Positions 28,090-42,860 of a DNA stretch of 64,000 nt are shown here, in pieces (positions within the stretch are counted from its first letter, which is position 1; each line of letters begins with the position of its first letter). The translations under genes were made by a program, and so were the position numbers. The DNA is from Octopus sinensis. Lineage: Eukaryota. The DNA is taken from positions 44,950,001-45,014,000 of the forward strand of contig NC_043003.1 in the NCBI RefSeq assembly GCF_006345805.1. Direction: 5' to 3'. The notes beneath the pieces are model-generated. The model was given only the letters and a program-made list of their open reading frames with translations. It made no database searches and was not told where the DNA came from.

Positions 28090-28304
28090 GCGTAAATGCT
28101 GGAGCACTGCCTTCAAAAAGTTTCAGTTGAATAAATCTATTAAAGTACTTATCTTTTTAAAGCCGGGTACCTATTCCATCGGTGCCTTTGCCGAATCGCT
28201 ACGTTACGGGGCCCTAAACACACAAACACTGTTTGTGAAGGGCCGCTGGAGGGCAAACACAGTCACAGTGACACACGCACACATGCACACGCACATCTAT
28301 TTAC

Positions 28305-28386
<82 letters not shown>

Positions 28387-28745
28387 GTCTATCTATCGAT
28401 ATATATATATATACATATATATATACATACATATATACGTATATACATATATGTATATATGCATATATCTATCTATCTATATATATATATACATAGTTGC
28501 AATTTCCAGAAAAACAAAAACCAGTTGTATTAGATTGACGCTTGGAAACTGAAAAGTCTTCTACATTTCGAAATACGCTCTCCAACATATACTTACGACA
28601 CACTTAAGTCTTCGTCTCCCAAATCCTCTAAAGAGGATTTAGTCGACAGGAAGCAATAATAAGTCACACCTGCTCAACCTGCCACGTAGTGGGACTAAAC
28701 CCTCATCCAGTTTGTTGGGAAGCAAGCTTCTTACCACAGAGCCGT
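28090..28745 (-). mobile_element. SINE family C split by TCTA/TA microsatellites and a gap
   Basis: Tail at 28090-28290 (gctggagcactgcc, ccgaatcgctacgttacgggg) and head at 28660-28745 (gccacgtagtgggactaaacc...gcaagcttcttaccacagagcc). Confidence 0.6.
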
Positions 28746-30641
28746 TCTGTTCATTTGGTTGCAGTATTGATTTAACTCAATACCAACGTTGATTAAACTT
28801 ATGAATTATCAACTGTATTCCACTTGCCGTGAGCAGTGTTATGGAACATCGCGTATTTTTTTAGTGTATAACTCCCGCGACTCGGCGAGTTTTGGGGGTA
28901 TTGGGAAATAAGAACTCTTTATTTACAGCTTTAACACATGTAAAATAATATTTTCAAGCTAAAGTATGAATCGAGAGATGCATCTTCAAGTTTGAAACGG
29001 TTGGAGAATTTAAGATTAAGAATAGTGTTTAGCATGAGGTATATGTTGACTATAATAACAGAACAATACCATGTGTTCCTTACATGCATTTATAGAGATG
29101 CTGTAGTAATAACCATTCCAGTTAAAAACGGAGGCCATGTGTAGTAAGTGGCATTAGAAGCAGTACCTGGAAGGGATGATGTGTGTGAGGTTACCTGTAG
29201 TTGAAATGTGTTAATGAGAGAATCACTGCGTCAGCAGACCTATGGTTTCGTTCGGGATGTTATTCATAATGCCCGCATATGAGTGATGGCTGTGATTTCA
29301 CATATAGTTTCACCCACATCCGAAACGCTGCTGCTCGGATATAGGTGTAGCACTCCATTCTAGTATTTCAATAAGCTATATTTTACGCAAGATAATGATA
29401 CAGAAATAACTTATCTTCGCTCAGTTGGAGGAGATGCAGATAATATCTTGGATTTAGTCCCACACATTTAAAAACCGTAGAGGAGACAAAGTACCCAACC
29501 CCATAAAAATGCCCCGAGATAGCCAGGCGATTTTTTTTTCAAAAATTCTTTGTTTTACTTACTTGTTATTCAGGCAAATAAATTTTAGATTATTTCTCCC
29601 TCTCCTTCTCGCCCACATTCTTCCCCACTTGGCTCTCTTTCTCAAGATTTTATGTGACCCTTAATGAATGGAGTCAGAGCAAGTTTGCATGTGTATCCAT
29701 GTCTGTGAGATTCTTCAGATGGAGTTTCACTGAGAGAAACTCATGACAGTAATTAAGGACAAACGATTCCCCAATTTCTAATTTAATTTGCAAACATTTA
29801 ACTGCTTAACATATTCAACGATAGCAAATTATTAATTATTATATATGATTTCAATAAATAGTTACGAGAAAGATGAGTAAGTACTTGTTACTCTCATATA
29901 CTTTATTTAAAAATATTTTAGAATGTTTCATAACAGTGGATATGAAATTCCCCCTTTTAAATGTGCTATATAAGAAGCTTAATGGAATAACAGGTTCCTT
30001 TGCCAAATTCTTCATATTTTGGTCTCATGAGTCGAAGTGCTTGCTAAATGACGATTTTTTGTTGTTGCATAAATGGAAGGAATCTGGTGTATTCCTTTGA
30101 TTTTTGTGTACGATTTGGTGTGAGTTAGATGCTGCAAATATATGAAACGTATTGTATGAAATGGAGGTCCACAAGATATATGTAAATGAAACTTGATAAT
30201 TGCTGGAGACATGGAAGGATATATCGTGATATTAAATTTCTCAAAATGTAAACTGACGTGCGTGTATTCATATATAAACTCACAGATACTTATACACGTA
30301 AACACACCAATATACACCTGTATAAACCCACATAGACAAGCATATGCATATACAGTATTAACATATTAGCTTCTAATGTAAAGTGTCAAACTATATAAGA
30401 TCATTCTTTAATATAGTGAAAAGCAGAACACCAAATGATACATGCAAAGATGCACTAAAAACCCTTTCTGCATATCCGTTATCATTGGTATAGTGAAAAT
30501 AATGAAAAATATAAAAACGCTATTAATTCCAAGAGGTTGACCTAGCAGGAGAAGCGAAGGGCTGCAGATGTCTCATCAACTGAGAATAAGAATATTAATT
30601 TTCCTTGGTTGCAGATATCTGTGGATATTTTCTTTTCCGTT

Positions 30642-30674
<33 letters not shown>

Positions 30675-31914
30675 TTGGTTTTTGTTTTGTTTACCTGATC
30701 AACATGTATGATCAAAAATAGAGAGAATGAAATGAAGGAAAAAATGTGCAAATGTAATTCAACAGAAAAGTAATATCTTAAGTGACAGGAACACGGAAAG
30801 AACACCCAAAGCATGAAAATGTGAAAGATATCAAAATTAGATCGAACATTCAATGCATATATTTGTATAAATGACAACAGAGAATTTACGAAACACAAGC
30901 ACAGTGCATCTCAACATGAATTACAAAAGGGAGAGTTGAACATTAGAAATTGCCACGCTGACAATAGAGTGTGTTTCATGACAGCTGCAAAATTAGCCCC
31001 ACGAAGCTCTAATCCGCAACTGGGCAGTGCGATATCCATGTCATTTAACTGGTCACCAAGATCGTTCAAACACTGTTCCCACGAAAGTGTCTAAGAAAAG
31101 ATCGGAGCAGATTATTTATTAGAATATTAAACAGCTTGTGACTGACGCAAAACCTTTGCGTAATGGAGAGCTTTGACGGCTCAAAAGCAATTAGTATCGC
31201 ACTCCTACAGTGGAGTTTATTAATAAATGAATACGCAAGCATAACGAAATTTCTGTTCGATGTTATTAAATACACACTGACAAAATTTTGCACGTAGAAT
31301 GTCACACGTTTCGCAATATAATTTGCATTCATTTACATAATAAAGAAAGCAAACTACATATAATACATAATATATAATTTCTCTAGAGATTAGATGTGGA
31401 GCATCAGAAGAGTTTTGAAATGCAGAGGAGATTTGAGTCGCACATATTTGTTTATATAAATAGGAATTTACTACGTTACTTCGCCGCAATGTCGAATTCA
31501 TATATGAGACGATGGTTTATAAACACGTTGAACTTTGGCGGACTGTGCTTAAGATAATTTACCAAAACTGCACACGTGCCGCTATCAGAGCAAGGTTATA
31601 CAAAATTTGATATATATTCGCATATGTATATCAGCACGTCAATAATAATGCTATGCTCTCTTTCGATGAAAAACACTGTACCATACTTGTCAAAGATCTG
31701 TATATATAAAGTATGATGCATATGTGGTTATATTAATTTGATAAATCTTGAATTAGAAATAGCGAATTTTTATTCAGCCAGGTGTTCGCAAAATCAGTGA
31801 ACGTTTTATTTCCAGCTTCATTGCGGTGAAGAAACGTAGCAGATTTCTATTTATATAGTTCTAAACACTCATACTTAGAACGAATACACTTACCTATCCA
31901 CCACTGAACAAAGT

Positions 31915-32308
31915 AACATGAATCTTGAAAGTGGATTCTTCACTACGACAATGCCCCATGATACGCAGCTTTCTTCACTCGAGAATTTCTCGCCAAAAAT
32001 AACATGTTTCCGCTTTCGCACTTGCCCTATTCGCGAGATTTAGCACATTCGGATTTCCATCTATTCTCCAAAATGAAAATACAGCTCAAATGTAGCTGTT
32101 TTAACACCATTGTCGATATCCAAATCGAATGTCCTCGATTTGCTTACGGAAAACGACTTGCAGGCCGGTTTCAAAAAGTGGCAGAAGCCGGGGACCAGTG
32201 TATCGCAGAGCAAGGTAACTGTCTGGAAAGAAATAATTTTAAAACTTAGGTAAAAGTTCTTTGTTATCAAACATAACTAGAGCGGTAGGTTTTTCAGAGT
32301 TCCTCGCA
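31915..32308 (+). mobile_element. mariner (DD34D-type) transposase 3' fragment with right end
   Basis: WILHYDNAP...REFLAKNNMFPLSHLPYSRDLAHSDFHLFSKMK...FKKWQK...QCI matches HDNAP and HPPYSPDLAPSDF. It ends ...cctcgca|TA. A similar end lies at about 37637-37675. Confidence 0.85.
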
Positions 32309-32321
32309 TATATATATATAT

Positions 32322-32803
32322 ATTGTTTTGTCTTGGTATAAAAGATGGGCTACAGTAAATATTCTGCTCAATACCACAGATTTGCTTCTCAGTTGTTTGA
32401 CCTTACCCAGTTGAGCATGTCCCTTAGTGACTGAAGATATGTGCATCTCCGATCACGAGCAGAGATAGTAGGGGAGCGTTATAACCATGTGTTGAGAGGA
32501 ATTTTGGTGGTTTAAATAATTTACCCCTGGAAACATTACTGTTTCATTCAACATCCTTAAACGACCCTTATTTAGGGACCTTTTGAGCAGGATGGGTTAT
32601 TCCACCAGAAGAAAATTCTAACTGGGCCCCTCCTGCAAGGTCATGCGCTGTTTATCTTGATATGAGATCACCATGCCGCGCACATATGGTTGTGATGCAT
32701 GTGCTTAGTGTACTCTTATCAGACGGGTAATCATGATGGGTATACTGGCGTTCATATATTTTACCCCAGTGTCACTTTGATGGCATGCACTACTCTTTCA
32801 CGC
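32322..32803. mobile_element. Second, left-truncated copy of the AAT-flanked element
   Basis: Colinear with about 21920-22402 and ends in caataat. Confidence 0.75.
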
Positions 32804-32886
32804 AATAATACTACTACTAATAATAATAATACTAGTAATAATGATGATGATGATGATGACGACGACGACGATGACTATTATTATTA

Positions 32887-32947
<61 letters not shown>

Positions 32948-32948
<1 letters not shown>

Positions 32949-33135
32949 ACATCGAATAATACCTTAGAAATGAGAACCCGGGTTCGAAATTTCCCCAAGA
33001 CACCTGAAGAAGGCTGGTGGGTATATCAGCCGAAACTCTGTGTTAACAACAAACACGATGAGGACAAATATCCGTCAAATGTAAATAATGTAAATAATGT
33101 GCATAATTCCTCATCTCATAAATATAGAACTGTAT
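32948..33135 (+). mobile_element. Probable PLE pseudo-LTR fragment
   Basis: A unique segment between (TTA)n and TA/CA arrays carrying a hammerhead motif. The assignment rests on the HHR and its context. Confidence 0.5.
32999..33044 (+). ncRNA. Type-I hammerhead ribozyme motif, probably decayed at the cleavage site
   Basis: gacac-CTGAAGA-a-ggctg[gtgggtatat]cagcc-GAAA-ctct-gtgtt. Stems I and II are intact; position 16.1 is C rather than U. Confidence 0.6.
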
Positions 33136-33941
33136 TACATACATATATGTTAGTATGTATAGAAATATATACATGTATACAAATGTATGCTTGTGCGTGC
33201 GTGTGTGCATGCGCTCGTGTTGGTGTGCGCTTGTGGGTATGAGAGAGAGTGAGAGAGAGAGGGAGAGAAGTAGAGAGAGAAAGCAAGAGGGAGAGAGAGA
33301 GAGAGAACCACAGAGAGAGAATGAGATCGAATGCGGTTGTGTCTGTGTGTTTGTACGCGTATGGCTGTCTGTTCGGATATTTCTGTTTCGACTGTCCACT
33401 CTTACTTCCTTGATATTCTTACGAGAATGAAGGCACGAGTACAAAAAGTGAAAAGGACGTAGAGGCCAGAGTGTTCGAATAAAATTTTATATTTTCGTTT
33501 AATTAAAAAAAAAATTATTGAAAATAGATCTATCGAATTTTGGTCAACTTAGTCTTAGGCTTTCAAACATATCTTGCAAAGCCTCCCATAAGTGACCCGC
33601 TGAATTTTATTTCAGAATGTGTATCTATTCAGATACCGTCCAATATTCGCAAAAGAAAAACGATTTGAGACAGATTTTGTCATGAAAATACAGCAGCAGG
33701 CACGAGTACTGGGAACGATCTGCCTCTCGGGTTAAATTCATAGGTTGCCTCCCTTGAACTGTGCCTTCTAGATTTCATACAGCTGTTCTTTTATAATAAA
33801 AGCTGTTCTTTTAAAATAATAAAAAAAAAGAGACACATGGATAAAACACCAGCGCATACGTGCGTAAATACATACACATTTGTCTGTATGCGCGTGTGTG
33901 TATATACATATATATGTCTGAGTGTATGTGTTTATAAACTC

Positions 33942-33984
<43 letters not shown>

Positions 33985-34255
33985 AACATACATACATACA
34001 GGCTTACATATATAAATGTGTATGCATGTGGGTATATATAATAATATAATAAACCTTTACATATATAAATAACGTGAAATACACGAAGGGACGAACATAA
34101 GAGACAGACGGGTCATTCAAAGCCTTCGTTCTTCAGTCAGAAACCGATTCATCATCGCAGATTTCGGCTATTTAATTCTGAGATCTGCTCTGGACATACA
34201 TATATATACAGTATCTGAGTGTATACATACATACATACATACATACATATATGCG

Positions 34256-35046
<791 letters not shown>

Positions 35047-35259
35047 GAAGTAAGAGTTTGAAAGAAAGTGTGAAAGAGGAGGTGATGGTTTTATTGAATG
35101 CAGACCTTTCTGACTTCTATACTACCCGAAGTTTGCTGGAAAATATCTTTTCATTCTAGTTTAACTCACAGCACCAATAAATGCATTATTCTTGTCTATT
35201 CAGAGATATTTGTAATATTCACTCACCACTGGTGATAAGATAGTAGGACAGGCCACCGT

Positions 35260-35715
35260 TAACCTTACCTGATCCACACCGCTTTCTCGATTGACTACAA
35301 ATATGAATACTTTTCCTGACCAATATTCATTCCTCTGTCTCGGGATAATACTGCGGCCAGTTCTACCTTTTTCTTGGTCTCATGAATATCAATCGATTAC
35401 CGCGTAAGGCCTTCCACAAATGTATCAATGGCATTAATTATTCTTTCATCTGCAGATCGTATCGCGCAGTCTTTGTATTTCCTTAACAGGGCTAACAAGG
35501 GCTTCACTGCTAGGAGGAAAAGCATTTCAGATAAGCTGTCACAGTGAAATATTCCTCCTGATAGACAAAATCGCTTTTCCTACTACAATCTTACTTCCAC
35601 TTGTTACCGATATCGCTCTCAACCTTGTTGTTACCAGTCTCTTTAAGGTACGGACTGTGGCAGTCAGAATCCTATCATAGCGTTGCTGTGCGATAATCCA
35701 TCATTGAGGTATATA
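35260..35715 (-). mobile_element. Degraded R4/NeSL-type reverse transcriptase remnant
   Basis: IPQ*WII ... SIRR/GIFHCDSLSEMLFLLAVKPLLALL ... INAIDTFVEGLT resembles VPHSWI, RGIFQGDSLSPLLF and ITHLLFxDDL in the right order. Confidence 0.6.
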
Positions 35716-35799
35716 TGAATGCATCCCTGTGTGTGTGTGCGTGCGTGTGTATGTATGTGTGTGCGTATGTATGTATGTATTATGTATGTATGTATGCAT

Positions 35800-36012
35800 A
35801 TATGTATGTATGTACGAAACGTATATATCCCATTATTCACTTTATTTCAAGATTATATAGCAATAGATTATATAAAAAGATTATATAACAAGAGCCAATA
35901 GAGAAAGAGCCGGTTTCTAACCTAGGAGCAAGGCTGCGTCACTGGAATTTGAACAACACCAACAGTGTACTTTTGATTGTATATAGGTATATGTGCACAT
36001 TTGTATGTTATG

Positions 36013-36052
<40 letters not shown>

Positions 36053-36525
36053 CCGTAAAAATGCTTTAGCCCGGAGGCCGCGGCCATGCTGGGGCACCAC
36101 CGCTGAATATATATATATCTTCTCATGCACGTAATTGCATGCCTAGACATGCTCATATATACTTAACTGATAAACTCCTGGATAAATTATTTGACTGTTT
36201 GTATGTATGTATATATGTATGCACGTATGTGTGTGCGTGTGTATATAGGTATGCATGTATATATGTATATATGTGTGTATGTATGTATGTATGTATGTAT
36301 GATGTATGTATGTATGTATGTATGTATGTACGAAACGTATGTATCCCATTATTCACTTTATTTCAAGATTATATAGCAATAGATTATATAAAAAGATTAT
36401 ATAACAAGAGCCAATATAGAAAGAGCCGGTTTCTAACCTAGGAGCAAGGCTGTGTCACTGGAATTTGAACAACACCAACAGTGTACTTTTGATTGTATAT
36501 AGGTATATGTTCACATTTGTATGTT

Positions 36526-36578
<53 letters not shown>

Positions 36579-36760
36579 TCATGCACGTAATTGCATGCCT
36601 AGACATGCTCATATATACTTAACTAATAAACTCCTGGATAAATTATTTGACTGTTTGTATGTATTTACGTATGTGTGTGCGTGTGTATATATGTATACAT
36701 GTATATATGTATATATGTGTGTATGTATGTATGTATGTATGTATGTATATATGTATGCTG
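35800..36760. repeat. Tandem duplication (offsets 516 and 456 bp) with a 59-bp SINE fragment only in copy 1
   Basis: cgaaacgtat occurs at 35815 and 36331, and tctcatgcacg at 36121 and 36577. The extra segment 36050-36108 contains gcggccatgctggggcaccacc. Confidence 0.9.
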
Positions 36761-38760
36761 GTATGTTTTTATGTTTGTATGAATATTCTGAAATGACGCA
36801 ATATATGTGTACATGTGGTAATGAATAAATAGTGCAAAATCAGCAATTACCTATAGATTTCATATTGAAGAAAGTGGGCGTACTCCGTGTATGTTTGTTT
36901 ATGAATGTATGTATGTGTACGTGCGTACGTGTTTGTATGTGCGTATGAGAGTGAGAGTGTCTGTATGCGTCTGCCTTTGTTTCTATGTATGTGTGTTTGA
37001 TTTTGATAAGTAATATACAAAGAAGAAAAAGTATTCCTAACAAAAAGCGCCCATGACTGAAAGATCACTTAGTACGTACAGATAAGTGTAAGGAAATATT
37101 TAAGATATTAAGAGTATCTGATGTTTATACGTATTGTTTCTTTCATATTGATTTCATTCCCGTCATGAAAATATCAAAACACGATATTCAAGAGTCTTTA
37201 GAAGTTTCTTGAAATAAAGTGATGATAAGAGTTGAAAATTTAGGACTGTTTACCTCAGGGATAAAAATCTTCGATTTAAGACTTTCATCTATTTACTTAT
37301 TTTCCACATTTATCTAATTTTATTAAATATCTTTATTCTCGATTTCACTGGATCTAAGGAGATGTCGCTTCAACATTTCTTTGAACTTAGTAATCAAACA
37401 AGTGGTGTAACATAAACATAACTTCGTGGAGATGAGATTAATTTGTTATTTTAAATGGACTCAGAAATATATATTATTAGAGGCTGTTTTCTTTTTTATA
37501 TATAAAAGGTCATAATGGACTTAGAAATTTGACAAAAATCTCTTTTAAGAATAAAGGATAAAGATTTTATTTCATCTAAACATATGTTATATTTAATATC
37601 ATTACATAATTTTAGAACATATTTCTTTTCTCTTGACATCATAGTTAGCGGTAGGTCTTTCTGAATGTCTTCCTATATGTGTAAGTCTTTCTGTGCCTGT
37701 GTGTGTATTGTGTGTGTCTGAGACTAACTCTTCACTTTCTCTATCCGACACAACATAATTTCAATTGAAACTAAATAACGTATACATTAATTCGATATGT
37801 ATTGCAATAAAATTTCTCTCCACAACGTTGTTCGTCTACACTGCAGCCGCACACAGTGGAGAAGAGGATTATCTACTGAATGTATAAATAATGTGAAATC
37901 TTGAACAGCCTGCATAAACTGTTGCAAAACGAATTCATTTTCACAAACTGGTCTCCTTTACACTGTATATGGATGACCTCGTCACAGATGTGCATATACA
38001 CAGATATGAAAGAAAGTAGTTGCTATCATATTTAAAGGCCATTATTGGTGCAAAGACGCAGCTCTTTCGATACTGAAGCATTAGGTGTATTTGTCTTTTT
38101 GACTTTCTTACGAAGATACACATATCATTTGCGCGCGTGTGTGTGTATACAGAGAGAAGAAAGAGAGAGAGAGAGAGAGAGGGGGAGGGAGAGAAAGAGA
38201 GAGAGAGTGACAAAGAGAGACAGGCAGATAGGTTACCGGGCAAAATACTTCACAAGTTCTCTGTTGGCACACCGGGCTGACACTGTTTCTTAGTTTAGTG
38301 AAGAACTCCAAGTAAAATTTTGTTAGGGTCCCAAGTTATGGTACATCAAAATTCGATACTGTAAATCAGTAAAAGAGCTTCAAATAAACTATTTTTTTAC
38401 GGAGTGATATATAATAGACAAATTTAAATAATGATCAATACATATAATTCATTTATTGTGGCCAATTTAGCTTAAATATGTTTCTTGTAGTCATTATAGA
38501 TAGGTTTATTCCATTGGTCTATTAATCAACTGAGATAAATTGGCATCGATTTCCTTCACTTCATCCATAGAATGATTGGGTAAACCTATCTCTCATGACT
38601 ATCGGGAACAACTGGAAGTCAAATTTGCAATAATGAAAGAATTATATGTATTGACCATTATTTTAACTTGTCACACATACACACACACACACACACGCAC
38701 GCACGCACACACACACACACACACACACACGCACGCACGCACACGCACACACACACACAC

Positions 38761-38815
<55 letters not shown>

Positions 38816-38825
38816 TGTTTAACTA

Positions 38826-39222
38826 TTTTATTCATTTCAGTCATTTGATTGTGGCCATGCTGGAGCACCGCCTTTAGTCGTGCGAATCGACCCTAGGACA
38901 TATTCTTTGTAAGCCTAATACTTATTCTATTGGGCTCTTTGCCGAACCGCTAGGATTCGGGGACGTAAACACACCAGCATCGGTTGTCAAGCGATGTTGC
39001 GGGGAGAAACACAGACATACAAACATACACACACACACAGATATATATATATATATATTCATTTATACGGCGGCTTCTTTCAGTTTCCGTCTACCAAATC
39101 CACTCACTTATGGTTGGCCTGAGGCTATAGTAGAAGACACTTGCCCAAGGTACCACGCAGTGGGACTGAACCTGGAACCATGTGGTAAGGAAGCTACTTA
39201 CCACACAGCCACTCCTATGCGT
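38826..39222 (-). mobile_element. SINE family C, near full length
   Basis: Reverse complement of 51921-52407 along its length. Confidence 0.85.
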
Positions 39223-39696
39223 AAATATATATATATATATATATATATAATTATGATTCCGATGAATAAAATACAAATGGGTAACAAAGTTGTTCAGGTG
39301 CTAACTCATTACGGCCGTTTCAAGCAAATCATTTATTATCTAAACTCATTCTGCCATGTATATGACAAAAGAAACAATGCAAATATTTCAGTTCCATTAT
39401 AAATGGGAATTTGTTAAGGAAATTGCTGTATCCTTCATGTTTGAAGTGTATATGGTCGTGTAAGAGGAACGTTTTCTTTTAAATGATGCAATGTTTTCAT
39501 TACCCAATTAAATGAGTCGCTTGAAACGGCCGTGATGAATATATACATATTCATTCAGTGATGCATCAAAATATTTATCATATAAATCCCACCCTTGGAT
39601 TATTATCATTATCATCAAAATTAATATTGTTACTATACATATATGCATATATATATATATGTGTGTATATATACCTACGTGTACATATACACATAT

Positions 39697-39753
<57 letters not shown>

Positions 39754-39762
<9 letters not shown>

Positions 39763-39863
39763 GAAGGAGCTTCTACAGGGCTAGAACTGTTTCATTCAAG
39801 AGAAATCTTCAGGATATATATATATAACAGTTCTAGTCCTGTAGAAGCTCCTTCTATATAATA
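39754..39863. repeat. Inverted repeat, 38-bp arms (one G.T), 34-nt spacer holding a partial hammerhead core on the minus strand
   Basis: Arms at 39754-39791 and 39826-39863. The minus strand reads CTGAAGA-t-ttc[tctt]gaa-t-GAAA-cagttc (39812 to 39784). Confidence 0.85.
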
Positions 39864-39932
39864 AATTAATTTTACTCTGCTATGTATTGAGTACCTTATT
39901 TACTGTGGTTAACCCCGAATCAACCCGGGACC

Positions 39933-40006
<74 letters not shown>

Positions 40007-40071
40007 GTGTATACATACACACACCTGCACATATATATATACATATATATATTATATATATATATAAGTAT

Positions 40072-40135
<64 letters not shown>

Positions 40136-40730
40136 GGGAGTGAATATAAGAAGAAACAAGTTGGGCAATTCGTTGCAGAAAAAATATTAAATGTATGTAA
40201 TATGAATATGTACATATGTATACATATAAGATTAGTCCGACTTACACAGAATAGCAATGATATCAGGAATTAAAGAAACTGAGTATGAATTTTACGAGTC
40301 CGACAGCTGTTTCTGGGGCTATGGTGATCCAAATGTAATGTATCTTAACCTCCATTGTGTTTCTAATATTATATCGAAATCTAATATACTTCCCTGAAGA
40401 CAGAGGTTAGTGTTATCTGATGATGAAATCAAGTCATGGTCATTATTTTGGACCATCATGCCACCAGAAACGGTTGTTGGACTCGTAAACATACTCAACC
40501 ATTTTAAGTGCTGATATCGTTTCTATTCTGTGTAAGTCGGACTTTTTTTATATATATACATATGTCCATTTTTATATTAAATGTATTTAATATTTTTTTG
40601 TATATCGACCTGCTTCACTTGCTTGTCTTTACAGTTACTCCTCTACCTTCTTAAGCTTAAGTTCACGTCTCTTGAGCACTGCACAGTATATGCTAGACAG
40701 AGAATGCCTGTCTCTAATCTATAAACTGTA

Positions 40731-40794
<64 letters not shown>

Positions 40795-42532
40795 GTAATT
40801 ATATATGTAGATACATAAGTGTGTGTTTATGAAATATATATATATACATACATACATATAAATATATATACATATATGTATGTATGTATTCATTCTTAAG
40901 GACACTCTCACACACGCCCACACACATACATACACCAACTGTCTGCGTTATATCTATGTGTATTCAAATGACAGTTGATTAGGAGAATGGTAGCACATAT
41001 TATTTCCTACATATATTACACTATGTAATCATCTGACAGAATCTGGTGTGACATCGGAACTATAATGAAACTAACTGCCCATTTTTTTGTTATTGTTATT
41101 AGGTTACTTACGATAGTCGTGTAGAAGCATATTTTACACTATTCCTTTATCGTTTTCTGAACTGTATTCTGAAATTCAAACTATGTCATCTCGCGAATGA
41201 AATTATTACGTGCATATACACCAACAATGATCAATAATTATTGTTTTCTTCATAAAAGAGATTGAACCATAAAACCGATCAAAGTCAGTAATTTTAACAA
41301 ATTTTAATTAATTATCTATTTTAAATTACGTATTTTATATACAAAACTATAATCATCTGTTTATATCCCTGTTACATTATTTCCTGGGTAGATAAAAACC
41401 TAACTTTTCCGAAAGCAGAATGGTTGACATCGTATTTAGATATTTCCTTTTGTAAGAAATGTAGTTTGTATTATGTTATATCAGCTATTGGGATAAGAAC
41501 TTTCAAGTATAATCTGTTGTTCTGTAAGAATCCAGTTTCTTCGATGATCTTTATATTACTTGCTAAATAAAAGTATACACATCCATCATTGCCAATATAA
41601 AAACGCACACGTACACATCAGAAAAGTGTCACCATCTCCACTCGTACACAGAAACGAATCCTCATGTGAATCAATTCATGTGAATCAATTATGTACGACC
41701 AAACAGATAAATTACATGTTTTCATAAAATTGATCTAAGCAATGTTTACCAATGTCAAAAAAACGTCGCCCTTTAGAATCCAAATATTTATTTTATACAA
41801 ATCCAAAGCAAAGAGATATACCTGCGTGGTTGGGTAAGTGTTTGACATATTGTCAGTAGAATAAAGTGAAGAGGTTAGTAGAGTATACTAGAAGCAATCC
41901 AATCAATACCCTGCACAAAATTAAATAGTTGAAGGTGAAGGCGTCTTCTGCATATGGTACATATATCTATATTTTGTCAACATTGATAATAGATATCAAA
42001 ATTCGTATCTTGAAACTTCTATTCGTAAGTGTCCCCAGTATGAATGCAAATGAAGACGCCACTTAGCTGCTGTTCATATTGATCAAGCATATTTCAAATA
42101 GGGTGATCATCCTAAATACCTATATATCTGTTGTTACACATTTCCACAATATTTCCGTACACCAGATGATTAAAAGTTAATTTCAGTGCAGTTGGCATTT
42201 CACCTGGAATGCGAAATAATTAACATGCGTAATACAATGGACTTACTGAACTTATACCCTCAAGGAAAGTAGTGATAAATTCTATTAATAGACAGTAATT
42301 CTTTCTTTTTACTATTCTTTGAAAGTTTATTCACCTCACTCATTTGATATCCTACGATCAATATTACTGTTTCCGTTTCTCGCTTTCTCGCACGTTAGAG
42401 TTCTGTTTCTCTTAGTATTGTCACACGTATAGGTAAGAAAAGATAACATACCGATATATGTTTACGTACATTACGTACACATACATAGTATATGTATGTA
42501 TATATATGTATATGTATATGTATACGTATATG

Positions 42533-42599
<67 letters not shown>

Positions 42600-42718
42600 T
42601 ATATGTAAAAAAGAAGTTTGAAAATGCCACTATATTAGTTAAATTTTAATTTTTACATGCTTCGGTTCTTGAAATAACGAACCTTATCAAATAGAATTTT
42701 TTTTATAATAAAGAGTAA

Positions 42719-42860
42719 AATGGAATAGTTCATAATTGTTTCATACATTCAATAGAGTCCATGCTATATACATAAAAAGTATAATGGAACAGTTCATAAT
42801 TGTTACATACATTCAATAGAGTCCATGCTATATACATTCAATAGAATCCATGTTCTTGAA
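42719..42860. repeat. Short tandem duplication (about 63-bp unit plus partial third)
   Basis: atggaa.agttcataattgtt.catacattcaatagagtccatgctatatacat occurs twice. Confidence 0.85.

Noticed and set aside
34108-34144. Minus-strand ctgactgaagaacgaaggctttgaat, similar in layout to the 50.1 kb motif
   Set aside because: Too many core deviations (GAAT, broken stem II) to call.
35895-35950. Minus-strand GAAACCGGCTC (also at 36.4 kb), a palindromic stem III-like string
   Set aside because: No CUGANGA upstream.
39795-39803. TTCAAGAGA, identical to a common synthetic shRNA loop, inside a hairpin spacer
   Set aside because: It does not join the arms directly (the spacer is 34 nt), there is no vector context, and it is simply stem II of the minus-strand hammerhead remnant. 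Coincidence.
40390-40490. CTGAAGA and CTGATGA followed by GAAA motifs
   Set aside because: No parse gives stems I, II and III together.
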